A stretch of DNA of 64,000 bases, from positions 11,656,001 to 11,720,000 of the forward strand of contig NC_086109.1 in the NCBI RefSeq assembly GCF_963921235.1, read 5' to 3'. This DNA comes from Mobula hypostoma (lineage: Eukaryota). The position numbers and the translations under genes are program-made. Below are positions 50,301 to 59,300 of this stretch, one piece after another (position 1 is the stretch's first letter; each line of letters starts with the position of its first letter). Under the pieces are notes generated by a model. The model ran no database searches and was not told where the DNA came from. It was given only the letters and a program-made list of their open reading frames with translations.

Positions 50301-53300
50301 ACTGTTTCTTTTCCCATAAATATTCCCTGACCCGATGAGTTTTTCCGTCATTTTGGATTTTTATTATAAGTTGCTAACATCTTCAGTTCTATGAATTTTC
50401 AGTTGTAAGTGCAAGTGTAGTTAGGCTTTGCTCAGTGTGGAGAGCAATGGAAGGGACTGCAGGGTGCAGGAGATCCATTTAGCTGCTCCACCATTGCTTG
50501 GTAATGCATAGCACAACCAGACAAGTTGGTCCCATAAGACCAAAATCCAAGATTATAAGCAGACAGGTACACAGGAATTTACAGAATGTGCATGATGAGT
50601 GTTCTACAATAATTCTACAACATGGATCAGACTTACAGTTTTTTTGGATATGTTTGATAGAAATATATATCCAGTGTCCCTTTAATCAAATTGGATCCCA
50701 CCCACCCTGCGTATAGACTGTTTGTCCCACTCCCATCAGGGAGGAGACTATGCAGCATCCACACCAGGACCACCAGACTCAAGACAGTTACTTCCTTCAA
50801 CCTGTCAGGCTGATCAACACCTCCCAGCTAATAATACATCCCACCACCACTACCTACACATCACCTTGCATCACTTTATGTACGTACAATCAGTCTATGT
50901 AGTTAACAGTTACTCGCACATTGTGCTTTATAGGATTCCTTTTAGATTTAGGTGCGCAGTAGTGTAGTGGTCAGCGCGACGCTATTACAGCTCGGGGCGT
51001 TATAGTTCAGAGTTCAACTCCAACGTCATCTGTAAGGAGTCTGTGTGTCCTCTCCGTGGGATGTGTGGGTTTTCTCCAAGTCGTCCGGTTTTGTCCCACA
51101 GTCCAAAGACATACCGGGTAGGTTAATTGGTTATTGTAAATAGTCCCAGGATTAGGTTAGGATTAAATCAAGGCTCGAAGGGCCAGAAGAGCCTATTCCA
51201 TGCTGTATCTCTAAGTAAATAAAAATATATAAATATTTCTACTTATTGTGTTTTTGTTCTTTATGCTGATTGTTTTTTTTTAGATGCTGCATCACTTCCG
51301 GAATAACAATGATTTTGTTCTCCTTTGCACTCGTGTACTGAAGAATGAGAGTACGCCATCTTGAATCTTGAGTCTGGAGCTTTAAGCCAGGAGTTTCCTT
51401 CGTGTTGCTTTTTTGTATGATTCAAGTATTATTGTATCATCGAGAGGGGGAGAGAGAGAGGGAGGGGGGGGGAGATAGAGAGAGAGAGAGGAACTCTGGC
51501 AGAATTCCAGGCTTTCCTCTTGAGCTCACCCATTGAAAACAGGAAGTTTGTTCTTTAATTTGTAATTGAAATGTTGAAGTTGTTCAACTTACCCACTGCT
51601 GAATATTTTCTATATCTTATGATGAAAACAGCAGCGATAATCACAATTCCAAACATGATTCCCAGAGAGACTGATAAATTTGTGGTACTATAGGAGAGAA
51701 AATTGCAGAGTTTATTTCTCCAAAGCTTATTTTTGTACTCTAAATAATATTGTGATGGTATTGGATTCCCTGTCTGCAAAGCTTTAAACTCAAAAGAGTA
51801 TTTTAAGCCCTATCTGATATAGATACCTACTGGTACCCTCACTATAGCGAGGGTATACTGTATTCACCTACTCTACAGTGACTAACTTGCTTCTCTATCC
51901 AGTATGCATGGAAAGGTCCAGCTGCCAACACACACTGCTTGAGTGGTTTGTCCTGCTTTCTATCAAGGAAAAGATACTTCTAGCTAACAAATAAACACAG
52001 ATATTTTATTTTTAACAATATATGTTTATAGATTCATAGAATAGTACAGCACAGTACAGGCCCTTCGGCCCACAATGTTGTGCCGACCCTCAAACCCTGC
52101 CTCCCATATAAGCCCCCACCTTAAATTCCTCCATATACCTGTCTAGTAGTCTCTTAAACTTCACTAGTGTATCTGCCTCCACCACTGACTCAGGCAGTGC
52201 ATTCCACGCACCAACGCACCCTGAGTAAAATACCTTCCTCTAATATCCCCCTTGAACTTCCCACCCCTTACCTTAAAGCCGTGTCCTCTTGTATTGAGCA
52301 GTGGTGCCCTGGGGAAGAGGCACTGGCTATCCACTCTATCTATTCCTCTTATTATCTTGTACACCTCTATCATGTCTCCTCTCATCCTCCTTCTCTCCAA
52401 AGAGTAAAGCCCTAGCTCCCTTAATCTCTGATCATAATGCATACTTTCTAAACCAGGCAGCATCCTGGTATGTCTTCTCTGTACCCTTTCCAATGCTTCC
52501 ACATCCTTCCTATAGTGAGGTGACCAGAACTGGACACAATACTCCAAGTGTGGCCTAACCAGAGTTTTATAGAGCTGCATCATTACATTGTGACTCTTAA
52601 ACTCTATCCCTCGACTTATGAAAGCTAACACCCCATAAGCTTTCTTAATTACCCTATCCATCTGTGAGGCAACTTTCAGGGATCTGTGGACATGTACCCC
52701 GAGATCCCTCTGCTCCTCCATACTACCAAGTATCCTGCCATTTACTTTGTACTCTGCCTTGGAGTTTGTCCTTCCAAAGTGTACCACCTCACACTTCTCC
52801 AGGTTGAACTCCATCTGCCACTTCTCAGCCCACTTCTGCATCCTATCAATGTCTGTCTGCAATCTTTGACAATCCTCTACACTATCTACAACACCACCAA
52901 CCTTTGTGTCGTCTGCAAACTTGCCAACCCACCCTTCTACCCCCACATCCAGGTCGTTAATAAAAATCACGAAAAGTAGAAGTCCCAGAACAGATCCTTG
53001 TGGGACATCACTAGTCACAATCCTCCAATCTGAATGTACTCCCTCCACCACCACCCTCTGCCTTCTGCAGGCAAGCCAATTCTGAATCCACCTGGCCAAA
53101 CTTCCCTGGATCCCATGCCTTCTAACTTTCTGAATAAGCCTACCGTGTGGAACCTTGTCAAATGCCTTACTAAAATCCATATAGATCACATCCACTGCAC
53201 TACCCTCATCTATATGCCTGGTCACCTCCTCAAAGAACTCTGTCAGGCTTGTTAGACATGATCTGCCCTTCACAAAGCCATGCTGACTGTCCCTGATCAA

Positions 53301-56300
53301 ACCATGATTCTCTGAATGCCTATAGATCCTATCTCTAAGAATCTTTTCCAACAGCTTTCCCACCACAGATGTAAGGCTCACTGGTCTATAATTACTCGGA
53401 CTATCCCTACTACATTTTTTGAAGAAGGGAACAACATTCGCCTCTCTCCAATCCTCCGGTACCATTCCCGTGGACAACGAGGACATAAAGATCCTAGCCA
53501 GAGGCTCAGCAATCTCTTCTCTCGCCTCGTGGAGCAGCCTGGGGAATATTCCGTCAGGCCCCGGGGACTTATCTGTCCTAATGTATTTTAACAACTCCAA
53601 CACCTCCTCTCCCTTAATAGCAGCTTGCCCCAGAACATCAACCTCACTCATATTGTCCTCACTATCATCAAGTTCCCTCTCATTGGTGAATACCGAAGAG
53701 AAGTATTCATTGAGGACCTCGCTCACTTCCACAGCCTCCAGGCACATCTTCCCACCTTTATCTCTAATCGGTCCTACCTTCACTCCTGTCATCCTTTCTT
53801 TCTTCACATAATTGAAGAATGCCTTGGGTTTTTCCTTTACCCTACTCGCCAAGGCCTTCTCATGCCCCCTTCTTGCTCTTCTCAGCCCCTTCTGAAGCTC
53901 CTTTCTTGCTTCCCTATATTCCTCAATAGACCCAGCTGATCCTTGCTTCCTAAACCTCATGTATGCTGCCTTCTTCCTCCTGACTAGATTTTCCACCTCA
54001 CTTGTCACCCATGGTTCCTTCACCCTACCATTCTTTATCTTCCTCACCGGGACAAATTTATCCCTAACATCCTGCAAGAGATCTCTAAGCATCGACCACA
54101 TGTCCATAGTACAATTCCCTGCAAAAACATCATCCCAATTCACACCCGCAAGTTCTAGCCTTATAGCCTCATAATTTGCCTTTCCCCAATTAAAAATTTT
54201 CCTGTCCTCTTTGATTCTATCCTTTTCCATGATAATGCTAAAGGCCAGGGAGCGGTGGTCACTGTCCCCCAGATGCTCACCCACTGAGAGATCTGTGACC
54301 TGACCCAATTCATTACCTAGTACTAGATCTAGTATGGCATTCCCCCTGGTCGGCCTGTCCACATACTGTGATAGGAATCCATCCTGGACACACTTAACAA
54401 ACTCTGCCCCATCTAAACCCTTGGAACTAATCAGGTGCCAATCAATATTAGGGAAGTTAAAGTCACCCATGATAACAACCCTGTTATTTTTGTACCTTTC
54501 CAAAATCTGCCTCCCAATCTGCTCCTATGTATCTCTGCTGCTACCAGGGGGCCTATAGAATACCCCCAGTTTAAATTCAGACAAATAGTTTTCATAGAAA
54601 TTTAACACTCATAGGGAATTTCCAATTTATAAAAGATTTCCAAATTACAAACTACAAAGGATTTCCTAAAACAAGTGCACGGTTATATGGTTTTAAGTGC
54701 AATTATTACAAACTAGAAGAACATACCAATGAGTTATTGCGAACAACTCTGATCTTTTGGAAAGGTCATGCAGCTGTGCTAGAAAGCTGAATTTAGCACT
54801 AAAACATCTCAGGCCCTGGAAAGCGAATATCCATGACAATATAGTCTTGATTCTTACTTTTCTTCAATAATATAACATCCACTATGAAAGATTCCCACCA
54901 TCAAAGTCAAAGTAAATTTGTTATCAAAGTATCCTACATATATGTCACACATAGTACATTGAGACTCATTTTCACCATCTGACCCATGCTAACCTTTCAC
55001 AGCTGCTATCAGGCAGCACATACAGACTTTCCACACCAGCAGGTTTAAGAACAGCTACTTTCCTTCAACTGTTTGGTTCTTGAACTAACCCGAACAATCT
55101 TAAGCACTACAATTCAGCAGTAGTATGAACACTTTGATAAAACTGTGCACTAAAATGAAGATTTTTCTTCTAATTGTGCTCTTGGAAAATAGTGTACAGT
55201 TTATGGGTGTTTTGTATGCTCATATGATGCGATGTGCCCGTAAAGTTGTCACAAATAAGTTTTTCATTGCACCTGTGCGTACATGTACTTGTCCAAAGTC
55301 AAAGCTTGACTTTGACTTTAACTTTCTCAGTTTTATCCTCACAGTTCTACTGCTAAAACTACTGATGTTTACAGGGTGCAGAACCCAGAATCCAACTGTT
55401 TACCCAACACTGTCTGCACCCACAAACCGTGATAGTGACAGTTAACTGGCTGTTCTCCATTCTACCATTACCTTTGACTTGGCGGTTGAACTGTTCCCTG
55501 AACTTCATAGGGCAGTGTAGGTGAAGGTGTTGTCAGAGCTGGAAAAACAATAACAATGTAAGTATTTCACAGACTATATAACTTTATATTCAGTAGAAGC
55601 GTAATGCATAAACACTAGAAAGTCTGCAGATGCTGGAAATCCAAAGCAACGCACACAAAATGCCGGAGGAACTCAGCAGGTCAGGCAGCATCTATTAGTA
55701 GATGTTTCAGGCCAAGACCCTTATTCAGGACTGAGAAGGAACGAAAAGATGCTAGAATAAAAAGGTGTGGGGAGGGGAAGGAGGCTAGTTTGCAGGGCTA
55801 AGTGCTGGCAGGATTAGTGGGGAGGGATGAATAGACAGGTGAATTGTGGAGGGAGCAATCCCTACAAAAAGCAGACTGGCGGGGAGGTAGAGATATGTTT
55901 AATGGTAGGATCCCTCTGCAGATGCTGGATATTGTGGAGGATAATGTGCTGGATGTGCAGGCTGATACATAACGCATTTAATGATAAAATTTTGTCTTTA
56001 TAAATTTGATTTTATATTCTTCTAGACGAAACTCACATAAAGTTTATTGTGTTTGGGTTGATTGGGTTTATATTCCTCCTTTGACAAAGTGAGACCTACC
56101 ATAGTGTCAGGTCCAATCGGTAGAGATTGGACAAACTGTTGGAGTGTAGTGACATGGTGAACATTTTACTCAACTATTGATCCAGTCTTTATTCAACTAT
56201 TAATTCATTCAAGCTATTATTAGTTTGGTTAATGAACCGCAGGCACCAATACCAGTAACACAATAGCAACCGAGGAATTTAATAAATCTGGCTAAAATGC

Positions 56301-59300
56301 TAACCTGAAACCAATATATAAAAATGTATCTAATTCAATGGCACTCTTTTTTTTGGAAGGAATTCTATTCCCCTTTAAATGTATCCCCAGGCTCATAGCA
56401 ATATTATTGTCTCTTATTTGCTTTCCGAAATTGCTGGCAAGTGTACAAACTTCCTGCGGGATTGCAGGAAAGATGATACATATATCAGTACTGACTGCTG
56501 AAATGGGCATTCTACTCCACACTCCAACACAGCAAGAGACTACATGTGGACAGTAGGAAAGGAATTACATTCTGACTGTCTTAAGAAGACATAAGAGCAA
56601 AATTAGGCCACTTGGCCCATCAAGTCTGCTCTGCTATTCCATCATGGCTGATTTATTACCCCTCTCAACCCCATTCTCTTGCCTTCTCCCCATAACCTTT
56701 GACACCCTGACTAATCAAGAACCTATCAAGCTCTGTTTTAAATGTATACAGTGGCTTCCACAGCCATCCGTGGCATTGAATTCCTCAGATTCACCACCTG
56801 CTGGCTCTGGAAATTCCTCCTCATCTCTGTTCTAATTGGACCAATTGGACGTTCCTCTGTTCCGGACTCACTCACCACAGAAACAATTCTGTCCGGATCC
56901 ACCTGTGAAAGTTTTGTATCTGGTGCAATCTCTGCCTCGTGATTGTTCAGCAAGGAGGAGGAGCTTTCAAAACTGCACTGTGAACCTTGCGTCCCTTTGC
57001 GTGGGAGAAGACTGTTGTACACAATAAATAGGAGTATAAACATCTCCCAAACTACATACTAGCCAGACCAATCAAGCATCTCCTGCCCCACCTAGGCAGA
57101 ATCTGTGGGTCCTACATCAGCCAGCTCAAAATGCATTTAACTAATGTGGAATTAGGTCACCTTTCATCTCAGACAGGACATAAATCTGAGGATATATTTT
57201 ACTGCTTCCCTCTGTTTAGGATTATAATATTTTGTTGTAGAGAGGTGGCCTATTGTTCATCCTGCCTTTCTGTCCATACCATCTCGCAATGCTACCTCCA
57301 TAAGACTGCAAGGCTAATCTATTTCTCTCAGCCCCAATCTCCTATACCACTTTATGCCCTGACCAATCAAAACTCTATCAACCCCTGCCTTAAATATAGA
57401 CCATAAGACATAGGAGCAGAATTAGGCCATCTGGCCCATCGAGTCTGCTCCACCATTCAATCCTGGCTGATCCTTTTTTTCTATCTCCTCCTCAGCCCGA
57501 GTTCCCGGCCTTCTCCCTGTAACCTTTGATGCCATGTCCAGTCAAGAACCTATTAATTCTTGCCTTAAATACGCCCAAAGACCTGGCCTCCACAGCTGCG
57601 TGTGGCAACCAATTCCACAAATTCACCACCCTTCGGCTTAAGAGACTCAACCTCCACGGCTGCCTGTGGCAATTTATTCCACAGATTCTACACTCTATGC
57701 CTAAATAAATTCCTCCATATCTCTATTCTAAATGGCCATCCCTCTATTCTAATGCTGCGTCCTCTGGTTTTAGACACTCCCAGCACAGGAAGCATCCTCT
57801 CCACATTCAATCCATCGAGGCCTTTCAGCATTTGCCAGGTTTCAATGAGATCCTCCCTCATTCTTCTGAACTCCAGTGAGTATAGACTCAGAACCATCAA
57901 ACACATCTCATATAAGTCTTTTAATCTCTGAATCATTTTCATGAACCTCCTTTGAATCCTCTCCAATGTCAGCAATTTCCTAGATAACTGGCCCAAAACT
58001 GCCCAGTGAGGCCTCGCCAGTGCTTTATAAAATCTTAATATTACATCCTTCCTTTTACATTCTGGTCCTCTTGAAATGAATGCAACCATCACTTTTGCCT
58101 CCCTCACCACAGACTCCTGCAAATTAACATTTAAGGAATATTGCATGAGCTTTCCTAAGTCCCCTTGCATCTCAATTTCTTTTTGTATTTTCTTGCCATT
58201 TAGAAAATTACCCTTTTATTTCCTCTATCGAAGTGCATGACCTTACACTTCCCAGCACAGTATTCCATCTGCCACTTCTTTGCCCACTCTCCTAATCTGT
58301 CTAAGTCCTTCTGTAGCCTAATGCTTCTTCAAAACTACTTGCCACTCCACCTATCTTCATGACAGCTGCAAATCTGGCCACAAAACCATTAATTCCATCT
58401 TCCAAATCATTGACATATAACATGAAAATAAGCGATCTCAACACAGACCCTCTGGAACAGCACTAGTCACTGGTAACCAACCAGAAAAGGCTCTCTTTAT
58501 TCCCACCCTTTTCCTCCTGCAAATCAGCTAATGCTCTATCCATGCTGGTGTTTGCTTGCAATGCCATGGGCGCTTAACTTGTTAAGCAGCCTCATGCGTG
58601 ACACCTTGTTGAAGGCCTTCTGAAAATCCAAGCACACAACATCCACTGATTTTCCTTTGTCTATCCCGCTTGTTATTTCTTCAAAGAATTCCAACAGATT
58701 TGTCAGGCAAGATTTTTCCTTACTGAAACCATACTGACTATCGCCTATTTTATCATGTGCCCCCAAGTACTCGAAACCACATTCTTAACAATTAATTCCA
58801 ACATCTTCCCAACCACCAAGATCAGAGTACTGGCCTGTAATTTTATTTCTTGTGCCTCTCTCCCTTCTTGAAGTGTAGAGTGACGTTCACAATTTTCCAG
58901 TCCTCTGCGGCTCTGCTGTCATCCCTGCTAGTGTTCCCTTTCTATCAATTTTGACCAGCTCCTCTCCCATGCTTCTGTAATTCCTTTTGCTGCACTGTAA
59001 TATTGATAGATCTGACTTCAGCTTCTCCTTCTCTAATTGTAGGGTGAATTCTATTATATTACGATCACTAGCCCCTAAGGGTTCCTTTACCTTAAGCTCT
59101 CTAATCTATTCCAGTTCATTGCACAGCACCCAATCCACAATAGCTAATCCACTAGTAGGCTCAATTACAAGCTGCTCTATGAAGCCATCACATAATTATT
59201 CTGCGAATTTCCCCCTTGGGATTCAGCACCAACCTGATCTTTCCAATCCACCTGTATATTGAAATCCATGATGACTATGGTAACAACACACATAAAAGTT

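Noticed and set aside
51440-51492. (GA)n/poly-G tract, and G-runs at ~21464-21482 and ~39292-39303
   Set aside because: Ordinary simple repeats with no further supporting structure.
56111-56132. Isolated perfect hairpin gtccaatc-ggtaga-gattggac
   Set aside because: A single 8-bp stem is expected by chance in 64 kb, and it has no TSD or companion structure.
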